From NCBI GenBank assembly GCA_963664015.2, contig CAXXLF010000001.1:640001-704000 (forward strand): a stretch of DNA of 64,000 nucleotides, written 5' to 3'. Shown here piece after piece: positions 40,836-52,193 of the stretch. Origin of the DNA: Candidatus Binatia bacterium. Lineage in GTDB: Bacteria; Desulfobacterota; Binatia; UBA9968; CAXXLF01. The position numbers and the translations under genes were made by a program. Every line of letters begins with the position of its first letter. Position 1 is the first letter of the stretch. The notes under the pieces are model-generated. The model saw only the letters and a list, made by a program, of their open reading frames with translations. It made no database searches and was not told the DNA's origin.

Positions 40836-43800
40836 CTACCGGCCGTGGCACCTCTTGTACTTTTTGCCACTGCCACAGGGGCAGGAGTCGTTCCGCCCGA
40901 CTTTGCCCCCTTCCCGCTTCACCGTCGCTACCCGGGCAGGTTCGTCGGCCTCGCCTCCATGGCTCAAGACCATTTTCTTTGGACGCCCCTGGACCTCCAG
41001 CTGCTCTACGGCGTCTTCTTGGGCTACCTCGATGGTAAACAGCTTTTGAATCACGTCCCCCTGAATGGTCTGAATCATCTCCTCGAACATGGAGAACCCT
41101 TCCTTCTGGTATTCTTGCAAGGGATTTTTTTGGCCGTATCCCCTAAGCCCAATTCCCTCCTTTAAAGAATCCATATTCAAGAGGTGATCTTTCCACAAGG
41201 CATCAATGGTCTGGAGCATGATGATCTTTTCCAATTGGCGGAGCAGAGGAGCGCTGATTCGGTTTTCCTTGTCCGTATAGGTCTGTGTAACCCGATCCAA
41301 AACCCTCTCCTGGAGACTCTCGGGGGTCAATTCCTCCAGGTCCTCCGTCTTGAGCTGGTACCGAAAATTGAATTGATGAAATAAATTCTCACTGAGGCCG
41401 TTCAGATCCCACTCCTCAGGCGGCAGTTGGGCATCGACGCATCGGGTGACGGTGTCCTCAGCCAGACCTTCAGCCATCCCCAGCACTTGTTCCTTTAAGT
41501 CCTCTCCCTTGAGGACCTCTCGTCTTTGTTGATATATCACCTCCCGCTGCTTGTTCATGACGTCGTCATATTCCAGGAGGTGTTTTCGGATATCGAAGTT
41601 ATGAGCCTCAACCTTTTTCTGCGCGTTCTCGATAGCCCGGGTAACCAATCCGTGTTCTATGGGGATCCCCTCTTCCATCCCCAGTCGGTTCATAATTCCC
41701 TGAATTCGCTCGGCACCGAAGATACGCATCAAATCATCTTCCAGGGAGAGATAGAAGCGCGAAGAACCCGGATCGCCCTGACGACCGGAGCGGCCCCGAA
41801 GCTGATTGTCGATTCTACGACTCTCATGCCGTTCCGTGCCTATGATGTGAACCCCACCAGCGGCAATGACCTTGGACCGTTCGTCACTGGACAACGCTTG
41901 ATACTGTTCGAGAAGCTCACCAAACCTCTGCCGATATGAATCAGGGGCCTTTTCCAATTCCTCGCGGACCTTATCCACGGCCTGCGAGTACTCTTGCCTC
42001 TTGGCTTCGTACGTCTTCTGCGCCTCCTCTACGGCTGCCTCATAGGGACGGCGCACCTGGTCGCACAGCGCCTCGGCCTCTTCAAAGGCTCGGTGCGCCT
42101 CGGCATACTCGGCCACAAGGGAAGCGTGTTCCCCCTGGGACAAAAGGGCCATAACTACGACAAACTCAAACTCATCGAGCTGTTCCTCATACTTCCGTCT
42201 TGTCTCATCTACGGCCTCGACAAGCTGCTGGCGACCACCATTGGCTTTCTGCCACTGTTCCAGGTACTGCCCCAGAGCTTCACGGGCTTCCTCGAAGGCC
42301 GTCCGGGCCTCGGGCTTGTTCATCCCCGCTGATTCCAGAACCGAGCTCTCCCATTTTTCCTTAGCTTCCAGGTACCTCTCGGGAATGCTACGCAACGAAT
42401 GCAATGCCTCGATGAACTCGGTTGCGGAGACGTCCTCGTACTCCTGACGGATGCCTTCGAACGGGGAAAGCGCCCTTAGCTTTGGATGAACTTCCGTGGA
42501 TTTTTTCAATGCGGCGGCCCGGGCCTGATCGTGGAGTTGGCCGTCCTGACGGAAACGTTGTTCTGCCCGCTGAATTTCCTCCTCGTACTTCTCTTTCAGC
42601 TCTTTTAAGGCATCCTCGTAGCGGGTAGTCCCCTGAAAAGGAAGCTTCGTGGCTTTACTCATCCATTCATTTTCCATGTCGGACCGGGCCAGAAACTCGG
42701 GATTGCCGCCAAGCAGGATATCCGTACCCCGTCCGGCCATATTGGTAGCTATGGTCACCGCACCCAGTCTCCCCGCCTGGGCGATGATCGTCGCTTCCGC
42801 CTCATGGTTTACGGCGTTTAATACGTTGTGGCGGATGCTCTTTTGTTTGAGCATACGAGCCAGACGTTCCGACCGCTCGACCGAAACCGTACCAACGAGA
42901 ACCGGTTGGCCCCGGCCGTGGCAATCCTCGATCTCCTCCACCACCGCATCGAACTTTTCCCTCTCGCTGCGATAGACAACGTCTGGATGATCGGCCCTGA
43001 CCATAGGCCGGTGGGTGGGAACCACCAGCACGTCAAGTTTGTAGATCTTTTTGAACTCGGTTGCCTCCGTATCCGCCGTACCCGTCATGCCGGCCAGTTT
43101 ATTGTACATACGGAAATAGTTCTGGATCGTAATGGTTGCCAGGGTCTGATTTTCTTCCCGAATACGTACCCGCTCCTTGGCCTCGACGGCCTGATGGAGT
43201 CCGTCGGACCAGCGCCTTCCGGGCATGAGCCTTCCCGTGAACTCATCTACAATCATGACTTCGCCCTCTTTGACGACGTAATCCACGTCCCGCTTGAAGA
43301 GACTGTGTGCCTTGAGGGCCTGATTGACGTGATGAAGCGTCTCGATGTGCCTGGGATCATAGAGGTTGTGGATGCTCAACAAGCGCTCCACCTTGGCGAT
43401 GCCAGTTTCTGTAAGCGTGGAAGTACGGCTCTTTTCGTCGACCGTATAGTCTCCCTGGGCTTCGATGGCAGCGCGATTTTCCTGGGATGGATCTCCCTGG
43501 ACAACCGCTCCACGCTGCAGTTTAGGAATGATTCTGTCGATGGTGTAGTACTTGTCTGTAGATTCCTCCGCAGGACCGGAAATAATGAGAGGTGTCCTGG
43601 CCTCGTCGATGAGGATATTATCGACCTCGTCGACGACGGCGAAGTTCAGATCCCGTTGTACGTACTCGTCCAAGGAGAACTTCATATTGTCCCGCAGATA
43701 ATCGAATCCGAACTCGTTGTTGGTCCCGTAGGTGATATCAGCAGCATAGGCCTCGCGGCGTGTGACAGGGCGCAGGTTGAGGTAACGGTAGTCTTTGGTC

Positions 43801-44306
43801 ACGTGCGTAGGGTCGAAAAGATAGCTGGAATCATGCACGATGGAAGCTATGGAGAGTCCGAGCCGGTGATAGATAGGCCCCATCCATTGGACATCCCGGC
43901 GGGCAAGGTAGTCATTCACGGTAATGAGGTGGGCCCCTTTTCCCTCCAGAGTGTTCAAGTAAATGGCGAGGGTGGCAACCAGGGTTTTCCCCTCGCCGGT
44001 TTTCATCTCAGCGATCTTGCCTTCGTGGAGCACTACACCGCCGATAAGCTGGGCGTCGAAGTGGCGTAACCCCAAGCTTCGTTTCGACGATTCCCTCACG
44101 GTCGCGAAAGCTTCGGGAAGCAATTCGTCCAGAGAGGTCCCTTCGCCGAGCCGTTTCTTGAATTCTTCGGTCTTCGCCGGTAGTTCAGCATCGGTGAGCT
44201 TTTCACAGGAGGCTTCAAGAGCGTTGATGGCTTCGACGTAAGGCCGAATGCGCTTTAACTCCCGCTCGTTCTTTGTACCGACAATCTTTTTGATTAAACC
44301 CAGCAT
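40836..44306 (-). CDS. secA: Preprotein translocase SecA with a long insertion
   Basis: [39 protein letters not shown]-terminal [17 protein letters not shown]; 1156 aa. Confidence 0.97.
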   Translation of the reverse strand: MLGLIKKIVGTKNERELKRIRPYVEAINALEASCEKLTDAELPAKTEEFKKRLGEGTSLDELLPEAFATVRESSKRSLGLRHFDAQLIGGVVLHEGKIAEMKTGEGKTLVATLAIYLNTLEGKGAHLITVNDYLARRDVQWMGPIYHRLGLSIASIVHDSSYLFDPTHVTKDYRYLNLRPVTRREAYAADITYGTNNEFGFDYLRDNMKFSLDEYVQRDLNFAVVDEVDNILIDEARTPLIISGPAEESTDKYYTIDRIIPKLQRGAVVQGDPSQENRAAIEAQGDYTVDEKSRTSTLTETGIAKVERLLSIHNLYDPRHIETLHHVNQALKAHSLFKRDVDYVVKEGEVMIVDEFTGRLMPGRRWSDGLHQAVEAKERVRIREENQTLATITIQNYFRMYNKLAGMTGTADTEATEFKKIYKLDVLVVPTHRPMVRADHPDVVYRSEREKFDAVVEEIEDCHGRGQPVLVGTVSVERSERLARMLKQKSIRHNVLNAVNHEAEATIIAQAGRLGAVTIATNMAGRGTDILLGGNPEFLARSDMENEWMSKATKLPFQGTTRYEDALKELKEKYEEEIQRAEQRFRQDGQLHDQARAAALKKSTEVHPKLRALSPFEGIRQEYEDVSATEFIEALHSLRSIPERYLEAKEKWESSVLESAGMNKPEARTAFEEAREALGQYLEQWQKANGGRQQLVEAVDETRRKYEEQLDEFEFVVVMALLSQGEHASLVAEYAEAHRAFEEAEALCDQVRRPYEAAVEEAQKTYEAKRQEYSQAVDKVREELEKAPDSYRQRFGELLEQYQALSSDERSKVIAAGGVHIIGTERHESRRIDNQLRGRSGRQGDPGSSRFYLSLEDDLMRIFGAERIQGIMNRLGMEEGIPIEHGLVTRAIENAQKKVEAHNFDIRKHLLEYDDVMNKQREVIYQQRREVLKGEDLKEQVLGMAEGLAEDTVTRCVDAQLPPEEWDLNGLSENLFHQFNFRYQLKTEDLEELTPESLQERVLDRVTQTYTDKENRISAPLLRQLEKIIMLQTIDALWKDHLLNMDSLKEGIGLRGYGQKNPLQEYQKEGFSMFEEMIQTIQGDVIQKLFTIEVAQEDAVEQLEVQGRPKKMVLSHGGEADEPARVATVKREGGKVGRNDSCPCGSGKKYKRCHGR

Positions 44307-44462
44307 AAGACCACTCTAAATTACACGATTCTTAAAGGAAAAACCACGGTAGGAAAGTGTTATTCAGTCATTCTCATTAGTCAATAGGGATTCACGATCC
44401 ATTGCCGGGTGGCTTGCGAGCAGTGGTCATCTTTCATCGCGCCCGAGCGTCATCTTCGACAA

Positions 44463-44510
44463 TGAAGCCTCCACGGGCTTACGCCCATGGCCATCTGCGA
44501 AGACGGATAA
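44463..44510 (-). mobile_element. IS200/IS605-derived miniature element, minimal copy A
   Basis: TGAAGCCTCCACGGGCTTACGCCCATGG...CTGCGAAGACGGATAA. Confidence 0.65.
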
Positions 44511-44541
44511 GCGTCCAACCCATCGTCGATTCCAGTTAAAA

Positions 44542-45678
44542 CTACTGCGCAGCGATTATCTGCTCCCCCAACTCCTTTTCACAACTGGGGGCAAAACCGA
44601 AGACCTGTTCCCAAACCTGTTTAGACTCCATACAGAGAAAGACAAAGACCGTCGGCGAGGCTTGGCGGATCCAGTGGAGCATCTTGCGATACATACTTAC
44701 CCGTAATGGATGAAAATAGCGCATTTTGCCGTCGGGACCTAGAATCTGTTCTCCTGCGAGGAGACCGCTGGCGGGAAATCTTTGACGCATGATCCTTTTC
44801 AAACCCGGAGTGTTGCGTAGGACACCCATACTAAGCCACGCAATCCTTCGATGGTCCAGAACGGAAAAGACCCTCTCTACCATTTCCCGGTAGTCCTCTT
44901 CCCAGCCACTGTATTCAACCATGGGGTCGAAGTGAAAGCCCAATTTGTATCCCGCCTCCTGACAGCGCCGGGCCGCCTCAAGCCTCTCCTCAATTGAGGC
45001 AGTTCCATGCTCGTCCGCATCAATCACTCTTTGGGGATTCATGGACCAGGAAACCACCACTCGTCCCTTGGGATCCAAAGACACCAACCGATCCACGCAG
45101 CGACTCTTCGTTTTGAGCTCTAATAGGGCGTTGGGGTGCTCAGCGAAGCATGGAACGATCTGCTCGGAAAAGGCGATGTAGGGGTCCAATGCCAGGCTGT
45201 CCGTAATTTCCCCCGTGCCCACACGGAAAAAGAAATTCCGGTGTTTGTTGAATAGGTTATGAGCCTCACCTAGCAAGTCCTCCACGTTACTGAAGACCTT
45301 GAGGGCCGGATTCTGCGCAAGGTAGTCCTGCAAATAACAATAGCTGCATTCCATAGGGCAGTTACTGGCAAAGTTGATGACATAGTAGTTACAGCAGACA
45401 CTGCCTTCGCTGCCAGGGCATTTTTTAAGGAACTCGCCTTTATAGCGCGTCAAGAAGAGACGTTTTTTGCCTTCGCCAAAAGGATCCCCCGTGGAACGCA
45501 GCTTGGCCAGGAACTCATCCGCATTCTCTACAAGGGTGAAAGGCGTCTCGGGCAAAGTGCGCCGCAGATTCTCGTAAACTAGGCCGTGCTCCGAACCGAC
45601 CTCGACAATTACCTCTTGAGGCCGGTAGCCGCCCCCATCTACTACCATGCGGGTCTGTTCTGCTTGTGACGCGGCCAC
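44542..45678 (-). CDS. Spore photoproduct lyase-family radical SAM protein
   Basis: NCPMECSYCYLQ, LELKTKS, GFHFDP, DGKMRY. Confidence 0.85.
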   Translation of the reverse strand: MAASQAEQTRMVVDGGGYRPQEVIVEVGSEHGLVYENLRRTLPETPFTLVENADEFLAKLRSTGDPFGEGKKRLFLTRYKGEFLKKCPGSEGSVCCNYYVINFASNCPMECSYCYLQDYLAQNPALKVFSNVEDLLGEAHNLFNKHRNFFFRVGTGEITDSLALDPYIAFSEQIVPCFAEHPNALLELKTKSRCVDRLVSLDPKGRVVVSWSMNPQRVIDADEHGTASIEERLEAARRCQEAGYKLGFHFDPMVEYSGWEEDYREMVERVFSVLDHRRIAWLSMGVLRNTPGLKRIMRQRFPASGLLAGEQILGPDGKMRYFHPLRVSMYRKMLHWIRQASPTVFVFLCMESKQVWEQVFGFAPSCEKELGEQIIAAQ

Positions 45679-46212
45679 TTACACCGCCTCCCCGCTCAGA
45701 TAGTCAAAGACCTCTTTGACCTCGATCCGATCCATGAGGGTGGCGAGTTCACCTACCAGGCGTTTGAGCTCTTCGTGGCTTGTCGATTTCACCTGCAACA
45801 TGAGAAACCCACCCTCGAGAGCCAATGGTACGGATAATTGAATTTCAGACTTAAGTCCCATGGTACGAATCCGCTTCTGGATTTCCCGCTCCGCCTGAAC
45901 CAATCGGGGGAAGCGAAGCCGTCTGAGTTCCTCCTTGACCCGTCTGAGCTTGTCATTGCGACCCAGCCGGGGATCCTTCCAGATCGGTTCGATGGAGCTC
46001 GACTTGACGATATCACGGAAACTCACGACGTCCCGATGAGCCATTTCTTCCATCCAATCCAAAAACTCCCGCAAATGGTTTTCTCCGATGTTCAGCTCCC
46101 TAGCAAACTCCAGGAGAACCTCCCCATCGGATTCGGAGAGATGAAGCCATCGTTCAAGCGTTTGTCTGCGAATCGCCCGTTGGCGACCATACTCTTCAAT
46201 TGCATGATTCAT
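45679..46212 (-). CDS. Hypothetical protein in operon with GT2 and SPL-like genes
   Basis: Translationally coupled to neighbours; helical, RRLRFPRL motif. Confidence 0.75.
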   Translation of the reverse strand: MNHAIEEYGRQRAIRRQTLERWLHLSESDGEVLLEFARELNIGENHLREFLDWMEEMAHRDVVSFRDIVKSSSIEPIWKDPRLGRNDKLRRVKEELRRLRFPRLVQAEREIQKRIRTMGLKSEIQLSVPLALEGGFLMLQVKSTSHEELKRLVGELATLMDRIEVKEVFDYLSGEAV

Positions 46213-47044
46213 GGGAAACTGCTCCTCCAGCGAACCGAGTTAGCACACGTTCATAGCCAACGGCCTCGTCCTCTTTACCCCTTTTTCTTGCACCCTGCGC
46301 GAGAATGGCCACTTTGCATTCTAAAACCTCCAAGGTCCATTCCCTTTTTTCTCCCTGCAATCCCGACGCGAGGAGTTTTTCCAGAGCTCGGATTCGAAAT
46401 CTGTCCATTCCCCAAGTCGAACGGGACAACTGATCCCGGTGGCCTCCCCGCTTAATGGTCAGTGGCTCGGGTATCAGGGGAACCTCCGTATCCACAGCGA
46501 GGCGCAACCAGAGATCGTAATCCTCACAGACCACAAGCGTCTCGTCAAATCCCCCTACCCCCTCGAACAACCCCCTAGTTATCATCACACTGGACGGGCT
46601 GACAAGGCATAGGTCAAGACTGGCACGAAATATGTTTCCAGAAGGCTTATGGTGTCTCTTCCCAGGGTTGACCCGTACGCCGTTGCGAATCCAGACTTCC
46701 TCGGTCTGACAAATCTTGACTTCCGGATTAGCCCTCATAAAGGCCATTTGAGTCTGGAGCTTACGGGGCTGCCACAGGTCATCGGAGTCCAGAAAGCAAA
46801 GGTAACGGCCCTGGGCGTGGCGAACCCCCAAGTTACGCGCCGCCGCCACCCCCTGTCTGGGCTGACGAAGTACTGTAATTTCCATACCATAGCACTCAAG
46901 CCTGTCCATTGTCCCATCATCGGAGCCATCATCAACTACTATGAGTTCGAATTCCCTGAATCTTTGCTTACGCACCGACTCGATAGCCTCAGAGACCAAT
47001 GGCCAGCGATTAAAGGTAGGAATAATGATGCTTACCAGTTCCAT
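46196..47044 (-). CDS. Glycosyltransferase family 2
   Basis: VSIIIPTFNR, VDDGSDD, FLDSDD, CEDYDLWLR. Confidence 0.92.
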   Translation of the reverse strand: MELVSIIIPTFNRWPLVSEAIESVRKQRFREFELIVVDDGSDDGTMDRLECYGMEITVLRQPRQGVAAARNLGVRHAQGRYLCFLDSDDLWQPRKLQTQMAFMRANPEVKICQTEEVWIRNGVRVNPGKRHHKPSGNIFRASLDLCLVSPSSVMITRGLFEGVGGFDETLVVCEDYDLWLRLAVDTEVPLIPEPLTIKRGGHRDQLSRSTWGMDRFRIRALEKLLASGLQGEKREWTLEVLECKVAILAQGARKRGKEDEAVGYERVLTRFAGGAVSHESCN

Positions 47045-47076
47045 GGCACGGGTTGCTCAGCAGGCACGAGAAATCA

Positions 47077-47234
47077 TGTATCCTCCACGGGCTTACGCCC
47101 GTAGTATCCATCATTTCTTCGGCTCTTCGGCGGAATCCCCCGAAGCACCCTCCTTCGCTCGTTGAGCTTCGGAGGGTCCGACCGTCGCATTCATCCATGG
47201 GCTTACGCCCATGGCCTTCTGCGAAGGCGGATAA
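47077..47234 (-). mobile_element. IS200/IS605-derived miniature element, copy B
   Basis: Two CCAYGGGCTTACGCCCRTRG hairpins; ends TTCTGCGAAGGCGGATAA. Confidence 0.7.
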
Positions 47235-47602
47235 ACATCAATATTGTACAATGCTTACGCCGCGTTGCCCCGTGGAACACCGTCCTAATATACCGACAAT
47301 CACGGAACATCTCCGTCGAAAAAAGAATAACATATTCAGCGAATTTTTGAAGCAAATCTCCACTCAAAGGCCCACCCCGGACTAACCCCCATAAGTGTAT
47401 TGACTTTTTAAAATATTTGTATAAATTAACCTCTAGAGGTCACACCTCTACTTAAGCACTCAGGGGCTCCTGAAACGGGTCCCTGATCTTTTTAGGGATC
47501 ACTTCAGCCGCCCGTTACTTCCTGATCACCTAAAACCAGGACGTATCGGAAAATCGTTTTGCGCTGCATTCCGAATTGAGTGCAGCCGTACTTTTTTTAC
47601 AC

Positions 47603-49105
<1,503 letters not shown>

Positions 49106-49355
49106 CTTTCAAGCTCCGGGCGGGGGGCCAATAACCAAAAAGCCACCCGCCTTTCTGCTATCTCAGCAGAGTCCTGACAATCCTCCGCCACCCATCTCTT
49201 GTCCACGACTCCCCTGGCAACTGGCTTTCGGAACCCCCCACCAATCCTTTCCCATGGGAGGGATAGAGATTGACAGGATCGTGGAATAATGTAACTTTTT
49301 AAGGCCGGTCGTTTAATTCCTCCATATAAAATTTCAGCAGCTAGAGATAATCTTT

Positions 49356-50696
49356 GTGACTTTGGCATTACCGCAAGACAAATCTTACACCCTTCCGGCA
49401 GCGGATCTGGTTCAGGCCGTCCAAGACGCACGGCAGCGCACCCATGCCCTCGTGCAAGACCTCACGGACGAGCAGCTGGCAGTGCCGAAACTAGATATCG
49501 TCAACCCGATCATATGGGAGCTCGGGCATATCACATTCTTTTACGACGTATTTGTCTTACGGGTTCTCGGCTCCGATCGGTTTCTCTTGCCCGGCGCAGA
49601 GGATATGTACGATTCGTTCAAGATGCACCACGAGGACCGGTGGAGGCTTCCTCTGCCTTCAAATAAAGAAACCCTGTCCTACATGGATCGAGTCTTGAAT
49701 CGGGTTGTCAATCGACTGGAATCCCACGAGCCCGACCCTCGTGAAACTTACCTGTATCTTCTTTCGGTACTTCATGAAGACATGCACGACGAGGCCTTTA
49801 CCATGGTGCGGCAGACACTCAACTACCCACAGCCTCAACTGAGTTATTTGCCTTCCATTCCAGATAGCGCAAGGTCCAGCGATAATTCGTATCTGGGAGA
49901 CGTTCAGATACCGGGAGGTACTTTCCAATTGGGCGCAGGATCGGACACGCCGTTTCTATTTGATAACGAAAAGTGGTCTCACCCAGTAGAGATTCTCCCC
50001 TTCAGCATTGGGCGTGCCCCGGTGACCGGTGGTCAGTTCGCCGAATTCGTTGACGATCACGGTTACCAGCGCAAGGAGCTTTGGAGTACGGAAGGTTGGG
50101 TGTGGCGTTCCAAGGCCGCAGCGACTCAACCGGTCTATTGGAAGAAACAGGGCAATTCGTGGGTGCAACGCCAGTTTGACCAGTGGATCCCACTGGCAAC
50201 CAATGTCCCGGTGATGCACGTGAACTGGTTTGAGACAGAGGCCTATTGCCGCTGGGCAAAGAGAAGGCTTCCCACGGAGGCCGAATGGGACCTGGCGGCC
50301 AGCGCAGAGCCCACTCCCGACGGCAAAGGCATCACACAACGCAAGCGAAGGTATCCGTGGGGCAACGAACCGCCCACAACCGATCGGGCGAACCTGGATT
50401 CGCGGCACCTGGGTTGTGTGGATGTCGGGGCCTTCCCGGCGGGCGATAGCGCCTTCAGCTGCCGGCAGATGGTGGGCAATGTCTGGGAGTGGACCGAGTC
50501 GTCCTTTTATCCTTTTCCCGGATATCTAGTGGATTGGCCTTACCGAGAATACTCGGCCCCCTGGTTCGGTACCCGCAAGATACTCAAAGGAGGCGCCTGG
50601 GCCACACGATCACGCCTCGCCTGTAACTCGTATCGGAATTTCTTCGAACCCTTCCGCCGTGACGTCTTTGCAGGCTTTCGCACCTGTGCCATTTAA
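49356..50696 (+). CDS. EgtB/SenA-family non-heme iron enzyme (selenoneine synthase-like)
   Basis: DinB-like domain NPIIWELGH, HEDMH.EA; FGE-like domain FDNE, RRLPTEAEW, GNVWEW, YREYSAPWF. Confidence 0.82.
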   Translation: MTLALPQDKSYTLPAADLVQAVQDARQRTHALVQDLTDEQLAVPKLDIVNPIIWELGHITFFYDVFVLRVLGSDRFLLPGAEDMYDSFKMHHEDRWRLPLPSNKETLSYMDRVLNRVVNRLESHEPDPRETYLYLLSVLHEDMHDEAFTMVRQTLNYPQPQLSYLPSIPDSARSSDNSYLGDVQIPGGTFQLGAGSDTPFLFDNEKWSHPVEILPFSIGRAPVTGGQFAEFVDDHGYQRKELWSTEGWVWRSKAAATQPVYWKKQGNSWVQRQFDQWIPLATNVPVMHVNWFETEAYCRWAKRRLPTEAEWDLAASAEPTPDGKGITQRKRRYPWGNEPPTTDRANLDSRHLGCVDVGAFPAGDSAFSCRQMVGNVWEWTESSFYPFPGYLVDWPYREYSAPWFGTRKILKGGAWATRSRLACNSYRNFFEPFRRDVFAGFRTCAI

Positions 50697-50733
50697 CCGA
50701 CAAGACATTTCTTTCGTTGTCTCTAAGTCCTGA

Positions 50734-51960
50734 CCTCTCCCGAAGACAGAGTACCTTTGCCACCAAAGGATGCTTAGGTCTTCACCACCGCCTGTGATTA
50801 TTGTGTCGTAGCCTGTGGTTACAAAGCGTACCGGTGGCCTCTGGGTAAAGAGGGAGGCTTTCGGGGGAGTCAAAACGCCTTTGGTAAAGATTTTCCTACA
50901 GACATCTTGAGCGGAAAGTGGCCAAGCCCCAAACCAGCACAACGTCGTGATGGCCAATGGGAAGCCGCACCATATCATTGTCATCCCCGTGCAGACGCTA
51001 AAGCAGTGAATCTCACCGGAGACCTCAGTATCCGAGGTGGGACCATTGCGTAAAAGTGGTACAATCCGATGAACCCCACCCGAGATCGGCTTCAGCATCC
51101 GATGCTGAGGGTCGCTGGGACCTTGCAACCGATACCCTGGGAACTCGCCCTCGATATTTTTGCTGAGATCTCCCAATACGTCATTAAGAAACACGGGGTT
51201 CATGCCTGGGCTCAAAAGATGTTCTCTTACCATTATTTTGAGAATACCTATGCGCTAACCAAGCTGGCACTTCATTACATCGAAGCTCCAGCCTTTGCCG
51301 ACCACGACAATCCATCCGTTGCATCTTCGGCGCCTGGCTTTCGGGACGCGGGGTTCGACATCTTTGCTGCCTCTTACGAAGACTGGTCTTTAGCGGACTC
51401 TCTCTTTATCTCAGGGACTGACCCCTTCGAAACCAAAACCATTATCTGGAACGAATGGATTATGAAGGGAATCGCGACAGGGTTTAAGGTGATATTTGCA
51501 ATGCCACGCAAGACGACGGGCGTGGCCCACGCCGAAAAAACCGACGGGCTACATCTGTGGTTGTTTCCCGGATCCGACACGGTGCTTCCCTAGCCATCGC
51601 TCGTGTAATACTGGAGAAGGAGTGGGAAGCCAAGCAATGGATCGCGAAATACACCAATCACCAATGGGACACCAACTCTGGCTCCGGTCGAGGAACCCGT
51701 AACACCCCATTGCAGTAGCGCACGACATGGGGGCAGATACAAACCAAAGGATTCGTGGACTACAAGCAGTGGATTCTCTCGCATGAGGAATCGAAACTCG
51801 ATGTGGCTGAGAAAATCACCGGTGTTCCACGGGAAAAGATCATCCGCGCCGCGGAGCTGTTGGGCAAGCCCAGAGAAGACGGGACCCGTCCGAAGACCTC
51901 AATAGGCATCGAAAAAGGGAACTATTGGTCGAATAATTATCTCAACACGGCCTCTGTTCA
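50734..51960 (+). pseudogene. Arsenite oxidase/iodate reductase-like molybdoenzyme large subunit, decayed and truncated
   Basis: DRVPLPPKDA*VFTTACDYCVVACGYK, SIRGGTIA*, FENTYALTK, GTDPFETKT, GIEKGNYWSNNY; several stops and frameshifts. Confidence 0.85.
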
Positions 51961-52193
51961 CAATGCGCAGACCTGTACCGGGCACAATGTAAAGTTTAGG
52001 GCCTGTTGCCTCCCATCGCTTGACGCCGTTTCCCCATTTTCCCTTGTAATCCCTTAGTAAACCCGGCATGGTATTGACTGTATATTTATACTCACTTTAG
52101 TAGCTAGAAGCATATAATAGTCGAACCCCCAACGGGTTAGGCCAGGATACCTGAATACCTGGCGTAAGATGCGCGCACCATCACGGAATTTTA

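Noticed and set aside
41885-42690. Intein in SecA
   Set aside because: No Cys/Ser start or His-Asn end and no endonuclease motifs; the composition is helical.
42828-44069. 413 aa ORF antisense to secA, and similar long shadow ORFs (31854-32690, 35567-36484, 34605-35351)
   Set aside because: They fully overlap well-supported genes and lack motifs; typical GC-rich codon-bias shadows.
50775-50777. Pyrrolysine/TAG readthrough in the aioA-like gene
   Set aside because: The gene also has a TAA stop, frameshifts and a truncation, so it is a pseudogene.
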